Assembly: GCF_009914755.1 (NCBI RefSeq)
Contig: NC_060942.1
Source of the DNA: the human T2T-CHM13v2.0 reference genome, Homo sapiens
Strand: one strand, 5' to 3'
DNA: 64,000 bases
Shown here piece after piece: positions 1-13,720 of the stretch. A program made the position numbers and the translations under genes. The notes under the pieces were generated by a model. It was given only the letters and a program-made list of their open reading frames with translations, was not told where the DNA came from and did no database searches. Each line of letters opens with the position of its first letter. The first letter of the stretch is position 1.

Positions 1-563
1 TTTAGCTATGAAGTGTAATTCACAAAGACTATCATTGACTCTAACGGGGGCACCTTTTTTTGTTCATTGCTATAATATTTTATCAGTAATTGTAGGTCTT
101 TTTTGATCACAAGAGACTTCAATTTCATTTTCTTTTCCAAAATATAAGGCTAAAAATGTAGCCAGCAGGGACTGGTCAACCAGGGGCCCACTGGGTGAGC
201 TGCGTCCAGTGAAAACTCATTAATCTGGCAGTTTAGAAATTCTCCCTTACATAGTATGCAGGAAAAACATTTTGGCTTAGATATTTTTCCTCCTTCTCTA
301 GTATCACTCTAACTTCCTGGAAAAGGCAACAAAGAACTTAAGTAAGGCAGTCAGTTAGAAGCTTGATTAGCTTCAGGAAAAGCTCTTAGCTGTGAAGAAA
401 AACAACCACTGGAACATGAAGGCAGAAATGGTGAAAAACATAATTTAAAGGTACATTTCCTGATTTGTGAGGGGCCCTATTCTTGGGGCTCAGATGTACC
501 AGGCACAAGGGACAGCCAGATATGCCTGCCCCCAACCCCCATCTTGGTTGTTTTGGGGCACAG

Positions 564-615
564 GTTAAAGAAGAAGAAATGGCAAATTCTAGAAGTGAGG
601 CCAGAGGAAGTCGAG
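564..615 (+). other. candidate exon E1 of a predicted spliced transcript
   Basis: Acceptor ...gttttggggcacAG|g (moderate) and consensus donor GAG|GTGAGT; purine-rich; ATG at 579. Confidence 0.35.
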
Positions 616-654
616 GTGAGTAATCAATTCTTGTATCAAGGCAGGCTTTTCCTT

Positions 655-990
655 ACAGCAACAACAGTAACAATGGTGGCTACAACGTATTTTTAATTTT
701 TTTTAGAGACAAGGTCTTGCTCTACCACCCAGGCTGGAGCGCAGTAGTGTGATCACAGCTCTCTGCAGCCTCGAACTCCTGGGCTCAAGCAACCCTCTCT
801 CCTCAACCTCCCAAAGTGCTGGGATTACGGGCATGAGCCACCGCGCCCAGCCCGTGGCTACCATTTATTGACTACCTTCTACCGGCCAGCCTTTTTTAGA
901 TGGACAATCTGAGGCTTCGAGAGGTAAAGGAATTTGCCAAAAGCCATGCAGTCATTCAGCTCCTGGCCTCTCTGACACCAGGACTGTTCC
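655..990 (-). mobile_element. MIR, interrupted by an Alu monomer
   Basis: MIR core-like text (ctgaggcttcgagaggtaaaggaatttgccaaaagcc) and tail (gctaccatttattga). Confidence 0.6.
690..852 (-). mobile_element. Alu monomer (FRAM/FAM-like)
   Basis: T-tract, then gagacaaggtcttgctct...gagccaccgcgcccagcc; gtggctac on both flanks as probable TSD. Confidence 0.9.
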
Positions 991-1753
991 AGGGGCATGA
1001 ATAAAATGTTTCCCAGTTTTAAAATACTATCCCCGCAATTTCTTCAGTGTTTCTTTGCTGTCCTCTCCCCCAAAAAATATGCCTCACAACTTTATCCCCT
1101 TAACTATGGGGATACTGAGAGCATTCCCAATGGCTCCGTGGGTGAGTAGCTTGACTTCCCTGTCACAAAAGATTGTACTACATCCAGCAGAGTTACAGAA
1201 GTAGCATGGTCTTTAGATTTTGGAGATTTGGTTTTGAGTATTGGATACTGCATATTCCTTCCTTCCTTTATTCAAGAAATATTTATTATTGAGTGTCAAA
1301 AGTTAACTTATTATGAAGCTAATGGAAATGGTCTTCAAGGCTCTGTACCTGCACAGACCCTCCCCAAAGTCTTGGGAGAGGCTCTATCAATGTACTCATT
1401 TGGTCAGACGTTTTTGTGAAACTTGTAATAAGACCTTTTCACCAGAATCAGTTAAGACCACTGTCTCTTTCCTCTCAGACTTTCCCTTGTGTTTCCTGGG
1501 AATGGAGGGCTGAAGGCGTTGCTGGGGTTCTGGCTGAAGGAAAGCTGATTGAGGACGCATTTAGTCTGGGTTTCATGGGTTCTCTGTGTGTAGTTCCCAG
1601 TCACTTTCGTGGGTGGTCAGGCCATTACTAACCACCCTGGGATAGGAAGGTTTCCAGCAATACTCCTACTGCCTGCTGCATCAATCTACCCAGGGTTTTG
1701 CCACGAAAGTGCAAGGCCAGAGGTCATAGTGGACTGTGAATATGTCCTACAGT

Positions 1754-2116
1754 TGACATGGTTTGGCTGTGTCCTCACCCAAATCTCACTGTGAATTGTA
1801 GCTCCCATAATTTCCACATCTTGTGGGAGGGACCTGGTGGGAGATAATTGAATCATGGGGACAGGTCCCCCATGCAGTTCTCCTGGTAGCAAATAAGTCT
1901 CATGAGATCTGATGGTTTTACAAGGGGTTTCCCCTTTTGCTTCATTCTCATTCTTTCTCTTGTCTGCTGCCATGTAAGACGTGCCGTTTGCCTTCCATCA
2001 TGATTCTGAGGCCTCCTCAGCCATGTGGAATTATGAGTCCATTAAACCTCTTTTTCTTTATAAATTACCCAATATCAGGTTTGTCTTTATCAGCAGCATG
2101 AAAACAGACTAATACA
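1754..2116 (+). mobile_element. THE1B/THE1C solo LTR (ERVL-MaLR)
   Basis: TGACATGGTTTGGCTGTGTCC start, GACTAATACA end, ATTAAA signal, exact 5-bp TSD ACAGT (1749-1753 / 2117-2121). Confidence 0.93.
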
Positions 2117-2974
2117 ACAGTGCTTGACACCATAGGCATGTAGATACTAGAAGGGAAACTAGCCAGAGGCAGCCTTTAGAGAGTTCTTCCAACCACCAGT
2201 CATGTAAAACTGAAAGTAAAAAACGCAGCTTTCATTGACCCCTGGTCAAAACAGAAGTTCACTTTGGTTAGGAATATACTGAAAAATGCAACAGATAAAA
2301 TTGTAAAGGCACAAAACAATGTTTTCTTTTTGATGAGAATACATGAAATATGTTTTAAAAGATTTCTTATTTTTGTAGGGCATAAAGTTGTGCACTAACA
2401 AACAGTGAGTTTGTATGTGAAGCTGCAAGCTTTATCCTTATGAAATACTGATATTGACAAAGATAATATGAAACTCCTATTGGGCCATTACAATGAGGAG
2501 GTCAATGACAAACTGTTGAACGTCATCAGTTCATAGTATTTAAGACTGGTCACTGCACAAAATACTTGAAATGACCTGAATTCCTATAGCTCTGCATGAA
2601 AGAAACCTGGTGATCATGTTTCAGAATTAGACAACAATCCTAATAACATACGTGACATTACCAGTAACAAACTGTAAAGCTGAGCTATTAATACAAACTA
2701 AGCAATAAATTAATCAGTTCCAAAAAGCAAAACAAAACAAAATAAAACTTTCAACTATGCTAGAGGAAAGATTGAGTTACATTTTAATTCTTTGTATAGA
2801 AAAATATATATAAAATTATTATCATAGAAAGAGGTGATTAAAGAGGATATAGCCAAAAATGTGGAGAAAAGGTATTGTAGAAATGAATAGGTAGTTGATT
2901 AATGAACATATTATGTCCTTTTTCTGGACTTTGTGATTTTTTTTGTTAGTGTTGGCTATTTAAAAAATAATTTG

Positions 2975-3198
2975 GGGCTGGCCAAGGTGGCTCACGTCTA
3001 TAACCCAGTCTATACTAAAAACACAAAAATTAGCCAGGAGTGGTGGCGGGTGCCTGTAATCTCAGCTACTCAGGAGGCTGAGGCATGAGAAATGCTTGAA
3101 TCTGGGAGGCGGAGGTTGCAGTGAACTGAGATCACACCACTGCACTCCAGCCTGGGTGACAGAGCAAAAGTCTGTCTCAAAAATAATAATAATAATAA
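2975..3198 (+). mobile_element. AluS-type with internal deletion in left monomer
   Basis: Alu start jumps from taacccag to tctatactaaaa; (AAT)n tail. Confidence 0.9.
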
Positions 3199-3201
3199 TT
3201 T

Positions 3202-3357
3202 GGACTGGGCATGCTGGCTCATGCCTGTAATCCCAACACTTTGAGACTTGAGGCAGGAGGATCACTTGAGCCCAGGAGTTCACAAGGTCACAGTGAGCTA
3301 TGATCGTACCACTGCACTCCAGCCTGGGCAACAGAGCAAGACCCTATCTCTAAGAAA
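3202..3357 (+). mobile_element. Alu monomer (FRAM/AluJ-like)
   Basis: ggactgggcatgctggctc...ggatcacttgagcccaggag...gcaagaccctatctc. Confidence 0.88.
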
Positions 3358-3524
3358 AATTTTTTTAAATTAAAAAAAATAATTATTGTAATTTCTAATT
3401 CTAAGTAAGTATTCACTTTTATACCTAATTTTGTATTTGTACATTTGTGTTCTCTTTTTCTTTAAGCAGATCCTTTGGAAATGTAAGCTTCCCACCTCAT
3501 AAACCTGGATTCATCCCTCTTAGC

Positions 3525-4720
<1,196 letters not shown>

Positions 4721-4727
4721 CATGTGG

Positions 4728-4768
4728 AGAGAGAGAGAGTGTGTGTGTGTGTGAGAGAGAGAGAGAGT
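4728..4768. repeat. compound (GA)n(GT)n(GA)n microsatellite
   Basis: Directly visible. Confidence 0.9.
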
Positions 4769-5789
4769 GCTTTTCTCCAAGGCTGGAGAGGGTGGACAAA
4801 AGAAGGAAAGAAAAGCTAAGCAGAACACTAAGGCTTAGTTTCTGCCATTTCTCTAAAACGTTCACAAAAGTTTGTAAAAGTTCTTAACATTTTACAACAT
4901 TACCTCGACCCTCACATTCTCCACGTGACAAGTACTCCGCTGTTCATGTGCTTTCCTAGGTTTCCAATAAACCAGTGAACTCTTAGGAATGTCTCAGACA
5001 TTGCTGATTTCATCATTTTAAAAGATTTTCAAATACTGTTGGTGTGTGGAACTCCGTGGAAGCCAAAACCTGATTTTGTTTTTTTATTGATTTTTATCTC
5101 ACCATTTCCTGTACACACTGTAGGTTGGGAGTTTATTTTTTATGACTTTTTCTTTGCACAGTTGGTGAGTGCTGGCATTTAAAAAATATTTTTAATAAAA
5201 AACAATTGAGGAAGTTGCACTGAATCCTGAATAGGTTTATGCCCTAGTTCTTTAGAACTTTTGCCATTTTCTGAGAGCTCAATGCTAAATTGATTACTGA
5301 CTGCCTCCCAAAGAAACCCCAGTCAAGCAATTGGTATGTGAAGGGAAATTTTCCAAAGGGCACACCTAACATTTGTCGCATTAGACTTTCCACTGTCTCC
5401 TTAAAACAAGCTAGATCACCTGAAAATTATGCAGGTATCTATTTGCCTCCTGTATGTGTCGTGAGTAAATACATCACGAAGCTTTAAACCTCATCCAAAG
5501 CCTTGCTTTTTAAAGGGCTCAGATGCAGTTTATACAAATCTTCGGAACTGTGGAAATGATTTGGATAATTTTATTACTTTAATTTTTCCAAACAGACAAA
5601 GGGCAGCATTGTGTGCTGGCCTTCGCTACATGAGAACTTCCTGTTTCTCTAATGAGGGTTTAGATGTTTCAGGAGTAAGTCAGGATGTAGTCGGTCTTAG
5701 CGAAGAGTGGAGCAATTGTATACTTGGAGGTGTCCCTTGTCTGACACAGGCTGCTACGAACGGCTGCCTTCCCATCTGTTCCCAGCCTC

Positions 5790-6104
5790 ACACACTGCCT
5801 GGAGTGGTGGTTCCAGAGCCCCCTACAGGGGAGCACTTTCCTGTTGCAAATTACACACTGCCTGGAGTGGTGGTTCCAGAGCCCCCTACAGGGGAGCACT
5901 TTCCTGTTGCAAATTACACACTGCCTGGAGTGGTGGTTCCAGAGCCCCCTACAGGGGAGCACTTTCCTGTTGCAAATTACACACTGCCTGGAGTGGTGGT
6001 TCCAGAGCCCCCTACAGGGGAGCACTTTCCTGTTGCAAATTACACACTGCCTGGAGTGGTGGTTCCAGAGCCCCCTACAGGGGAGCACTTTCCTGTTGCA
6101 AATT
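5790..6104. repeat. 63-bp minisatellite, 5 identical copies
   Basis: Unit ACACACTGCCTGGAGTGGTGGTTCCAGAGCCCCCTACAGGGGAGCACTTTCCTGTTGCAAATT starts at 5790, 5853, 5916, 5979 and 6042. Confidence 0.98.
5816..6081 (-). promoter_or_regulatory. five tandem CTCF-like motifs, one per 63-bp unit
   Basis: Minus strand CCTGTAGGGGGCTC matches 12/14 of CCASYAGRKGGCRS; at 5816, 5879, 5942, 6005 and 6068. Confidence 0.55.
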
Positions 6105-6443
6105 ATCGGGGTTTTCTGCTCTGTACTGAGACTTGCCCTTTGTTGCCTTTGTTCTTTTGGGGCCATCATACACCCAGAGGCAAAAATAAGGAAAGACATT
6201 ACTCCTGCATTTTTACCTACGTTTGGATGGAATGAAATCTGTGAATGCAATCCCATAAATACATGTTTGAACCAAAGCAAGACACTATCACCACAAGAGG
6301 CATGAGGGAAGCATGCCAAGGGGAAAAAAAAGCAGAGAAAAGGGCATCCGCTATTACGAAGTTGTGATAAGCATTGTGAAGTTTCAAAAAAGAAAATAAT
6401 TTAGGAGCTCTAATTAAAACAAAAAAAAGAAAAAGAAAAAAAA

Positions 6444-6740
6444 AGCTGGATTCAGTGGCTCACGCCCATAATCTCAGCACTTTGGGAGGCAGAGGTGGGC
6501 GGATCACTTAAGATCAGGAGTTAGAGGAAGCCGGGCCGAATGGTGAAACCTCGTCTCTACTAAAAATATAAAAATTAGCCAGGCATGGTGGCAGGTGCCT
6601 GTAATCCCAGCTACTCAGGAGGCTGAGGCAGGAGAATCGCTTGCACCCAGGAGGCAGAGGTTGCTGTGAGCCGAAGTCACGCCACTGCACTCCAGCCTGA
6701 GAGATAGAGTGAGACTCCAACTCAAAAAAAAAAAAAAAAC
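6444..6740 (+). mobile_element. AluSx-like
   Basis: Full dimer with poly(A); preceded by an A-rich tract. Confidence 0.93.
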
Positions 6741-7983
6741 AAACCCAAACCTTAGGCTCCCCTGGCTGGTGGCGGCCCCTCATCACATTCTTATAATTAA
6801 GGCAAATAACTGGCTTCATTATTTTTTCTAAGTCACATAGTGCTAAAATAAAGTAATTTTTTAAGGATCTGCTTCAATTGAGTATTTTAGTATTCCATCC
6901 TCACAAGACTCGCTGTTTAAATTGTAGGCAGTGTGTAATAGAAGACTCACAGGATCCTGACATTCACGTGTTATTCACATGCTATTCCTCCCGATAGGAT
7001 TGGGCTGCAAGTACAAGGCTATGCATTGCTCACCAAAACATTTTTAATCTCAAAGCAACTTTGACGTTCTTACTGGCCCCTTAATAGGTACTAAAGGTTG
7101 ATCCCAATTTATCTGAGAGGATGTTTTGGTGTTAAGAAGCTCCCAGTCTGACATCTGAAACCAGCAAGCTGGGGAGCGTCTTTAGGATTTTAGTCCTGTT
7201 TTATTACAATCTCCAAACATACTGGACAGACTTCCTTGCACTGCAGTCTGCGTGTCACCTGAACTGTAATGTTGCCAATCTTTCTCCTCTAGGTTCTAAG
7301 CAACTGGGCCAAGAAACTGCTGAGTCTATATTTGAATCTTTTTTGGGACTTTCCAGAAGCTCAATAAATATTATTAAACTGAAATACACTAAATAAGTAC
7401 TTACAATGCCAAAAACCTTTTCTATTGATGTGCATATTTTGATTTCTTTTGTCAGAACTTCAAATTTATAAATCATATTATTGTTACCAAAGATGAATGA
7501 GAGTTTATCTGTCTTGGAGAGGAACATATGTAAATGAGGATATGAATGACTACTTTTAATTTCATGAAAAAAACGTACATTGCAACCAACAATTTGCATT
7601 GTAAATATTATAATTAGAGCAGAGACAATCCCTGGCAATCTTTGAAGAAAGGCTGGTGAAATCTTTTCAGAGAAAGCTTTTATTTTCCTAAGCAGCCTAC
7701 ATAGAGATTTAATCTGATTATTTAGTTAAGTTCGTAAAGATGAGCTTTTACAAAGCCTTAGCAAAGCCCATTCATCTTGCTAGTCCCTTACCTGAAGAAT
7801 AGAAAAATAAAATGTACTTTATTTTATAAATGTTTACTTAGATTAGATTCCTTTTTCCTGCACATCTTGGTTTTATTTATTTTATTTATTTATTTTTTTA
7901 CGACCTCTAAGGACCAAATCTCCAGCCTGTTAGAAATGATGCTATGTCACCTAACATTTTACGTAAAATTGCTATTGAAATAA

Positions 7984-7997
7984 CCACTAGATGGCAG
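7984..7997 (+). promoter_or_regulatory. consensus CTCF motif
   Basis: CCACTAGATGGCAG matches CCASYAGRKGGCRS at 14/14, in non-repeat sequence. Confidence 0.7.
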
Positions 7998-8229
7998 TGA
8001 ATTGGCATAAAAATGAAGGTCTGGCAAGAAGATGCCCACTAGTAATTCAAAGGGGCAACAAAACAGTCTGTTCATAGATGCTCAACACCTTTCTTCCCCT
8101 CAGCATCCACGTAGCACTGAAGATTACTAGAAACCGTTGCTCACCATCGAGGCGGTGGCTTGACAGGGTCAGTGGATAGGACAATGACGAGCAGGGTGCA
8201 GCTACCAAGCCCTATATAGAGTGAAATGA

Positions 8230-8470
8230 ACTTGAGCTTTGGAATCAAGCAGCCTGAGTTTGGGTCTTTGCTCCCTCACTAGCTAGGTATGGGATCTTGG
8301 ATGAATTGCTTAACTTTGCCAGGCCTCAGTTTCCCTATCATTAATGCAGCAATAGTAATAATACCTCCTTCGTGGGTCAGAATGGAATGAGATGCTGTGC
8401 GTAGAGCACCTTGGAATGAGATGCTGTGTGTAGAGCACCTTGCATATAAAAGGTGCTTCAAATGACTGCT
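8230..8470 (+). mobile_element. MIR with internal 29-bp tandem duplication
   Basis: gctttggaatcaagcagcctgagttt...gcctcagtttccctatc core; duplication at 8383-8411 / 8412-8440. Confidence 0.75.
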
Positions 8471-8472
8471 AG

Positions 8473-8745
8473 TACAGAATTTTCCAGGTCATCCAGAATT
8501 TTTCAAATTTTCAAATAATAAAATAAAACATAAATCATATACTTGGGCTGAGTGAGTGTGGGGCAGCACTCTATAATAAAACACATTTATATTTCTGTAG
8601 CAAAATATATTCATACTAAATGGAATACATAATATATCCAAATATCAGTTCAGGTCAAATGTCACCAAATGAGTTAGAAAAATTCTTGGTGTTTAGAATT
8701 TTGGAGATTTGGGGATTGTAGGTAAGGGATTGTGGGTCGGAACTA
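8473..8745. mobile_element. probable Tigger-type (TcMar) non-autonomous element
   Basis: Terminal ...ttttggagatttggggattgtaggtaagggattgtggg resembles Tigger-family ends; subfamily uncertain. Confidence 0.4.
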
Positions 8746-8766
8746 TCTGTTTATAAACCATGTCTT

Positions 8767-8906
8767 CATGGCCCTATATGCATGGCCCTATATGCATGGC
8801 CCTATATGCATGGCCCTATATGCATGGCCCTATATGCATGGCCCTATGTGCATGGCCCTATATGCATGGCCCTATATGCATGGCCCTATATGCATGGCCC
8901 TATATG
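8767..8906. repeat. 14-bp minisatellite, 10 copies
   Basis: (CATGGCCCTATATG)x10; copy 6 has a single A>G at 8848. Confidence 0.98.
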
Positions 8907-10014
8907 CCTATGAGCATGAATGCCCCAAGTAGGGGTGGGGAGAACATTGAGCTGCCCCTTTTATTTCCACATCGTTCTCATCATCCTGGGTAAACTGCTA
9001 TGCTGACTACTCCCTCTAGACGATTTTGATTTTGGAATTTGTGTCTGACAAAATGACTGCATAAAAAGCAGGGGAAAATAGGTAATTTTCTGTACCCAAG
9101 CATAACTCTTGATGAAGAAAAAGGCTTATATCAGAGCAGGCAGGATGAGCTCAAATTTAGAATAATAGTGTTTACCAAGTAAAATCATAGTTAAAATTTT
9201 TCTCCCAGGCAAGTTTTATCTTAAAAGCATTGATAGAGGCACAATGTTCTAGGAAAGACAACACCAAAAAGATGTTGAAACCTTGTTTTGGGGAACTTGT
9301 TTGTTCCAAGTATGTCACCTTCAAATTTCTTCTTAAAATATCTTTAGCAAAGTGTTTTCAATCATTTTATTTGTGATTGTGCAGCCTCTCCTCCTAGACT
9401 GTCAACCCTCAGGGACAGAAATCAAACTTTCTCCTGTTTTTCTTTCTTTGTAATCTTCGTGAAGCTGATGACTTGCATAGCAAGTTCTGTGTTTAAAGAT
9501 GTTAGAAATATGCAGGCTTTCTTAGCTCTAAATAAGAAAGATTCTTCAATGGTAGTCCAGGTATTCTCAGGGAATAGGTTAGGCACATTTGGGAGTTGCA
9601 TGAACCCTTTCAGAAAACAAATACATTGGATATTACCCAAGAAATGAAATTAATCTTAATGGTTTGAAAGAGCTGGAGGCAGGGATTATACAATGAACAA
9701 ATCTTTCTATATATAATCTGGTGGAGGATTTCTTAGCATTTTGTGCACATAAGGTCTAAAATAAAAACCCATCCTAAAAAGTAATTGCATAAACTAAGAG
9801 CAACTTTAGCTGTATTTCATCAAAATTAGTAGCATGGGGGAACCATGCCCACAGTGCTCTGTAAAAAGCTGCCTATGTTTTTTCTGAATGGGAAAAATAG
9901 GGTCATGTTGGCATAGTGGCTGGCAAGAGCAGATGATCAGTCAATGAAGGTCAATCAATTGATCAATCAGTCAGTCAATTGAATGGAACAACAAACTGAT
10001 CATGGGCTTCCCTT

Positions 10015-10660
<646 letters not shown>

Positions 10661-11769
10661 AAAATTGAGTCAAGCATGGTTGAATTCACTGGCATAAAAC
10701 CTGTGGCAAACATATAAAGAGAAATAACAAGACTTCTTTATCACTCTGTTCTTCCACTCCTGGAGTCCTAAGTTTATAAATGAGGCAAGTCAGAACAGCT
10801 CAAGGTTGCACAGCTAATAAGTAGTAGAATCTTGGCGTTATATCAAGTATCCAAATGCCAACTCAGTGTGCTTTCCATGGTTCTGTCTCTTACAAATGAA
10901 AAGGCATAAAGGCCACTTCACGTGGACATGTCATCATCCCCACGTGGTACCACTTAATGGTTTTCCAAGTTACTCTGTGGATAAATGTAAATTGTGGTAT
11001 CCTCTTCTTTCTTCTTTCTCATAACTGGGTAAGTTAATATCCCAGGGGAATTATTTTGGCATGTGGAAGAACTATTAAAAGAAGTTTCATTTGGCAAACC
11101 TCAGTAGCGATGCAGAGGACTGTTTCAGAGGTTTTGCTTTACAAGCTTCATGCACTTCTAATGGCCACTTTTCAAGAGATTGGCTGGCTGACCGGGGCTG
11201 GGTGAATCAATGACTCCCTTGTATCTGCAGAAATGCAATAGCTTCTCTTGACTTAGAACACATTTATGTCAGGGGTTCATATTTAAGTTCCATTGTGTTT
11301 TCTCTATTAATTTAAAAGGAAACTGTACAAATAAATGTATCTATGTTTTAAAATGTTTGATGGCGCAGATGTAACACAAGATGTCACTTTTTTTTTATCT
11401 ATTTGAGTGACTAGCTTCATTTTCCAGTGTCAGTTTCACTACAGTGAAGATTGTGTATCTTCTTTAGGCATGTGTAACTTGGTAAAAGTCCAGCTTCATA
11501 GCTTGTCATGAATTTTGGCGTATTCAATTCTCTAGTTGCTTTCTGAGGATTTTTCTAAGTGACTTTTTCAAAAAGGCACACAGTTAACATAAACAAAGAT
11601 TTCACTGTCTTCCTTAGAAGCATAAATTTTGTGCACTGTATGGTTTATCACTTCAAGACTCCCATCCTGAAAATCCATCATATTATTCTATGACTATTCT
11701 AGGCTCTGTTATCATTTAGTTAACAATTATTGGTAGTTTATTTTTGGAATGCTTTACGTATAATATTTT

Positions 11770-13720
<1,951 letters not shown>

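Larger units (their letters stand above)
2250..3518 (+). mobile_element. Zaphod/MER115-like hAT-Tip100 DNA transposon 3' part, interrupted by Alus
   Basis: caactatgctagaggaaagattgag..., tattcacttttatacctaattttgtatt and terminal aaacctggattcatccct resemble the Zaphod right end. Confidence 0.7.

Noticed and set aside
5790-6104. CRISPR-like array with hairpin-containing repeats
   Set aside because: The units are head-to-tail with no unique spacers, there are no cas genes, and the context is primate.
5561-6319. Longest ORFs in the track (224, 216, 153 and 140 aa) with 21-aa repeats
   Set aside because: They arise from a stop-free 63-bp (multiple of 3) tandem unit open in several frames; there is no other coding evidence.
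8732-8993. Repetitive ORFs (MALYAWPYMHGPIC)n
   Set aside because: Translation of the 14-bp minisatellite.
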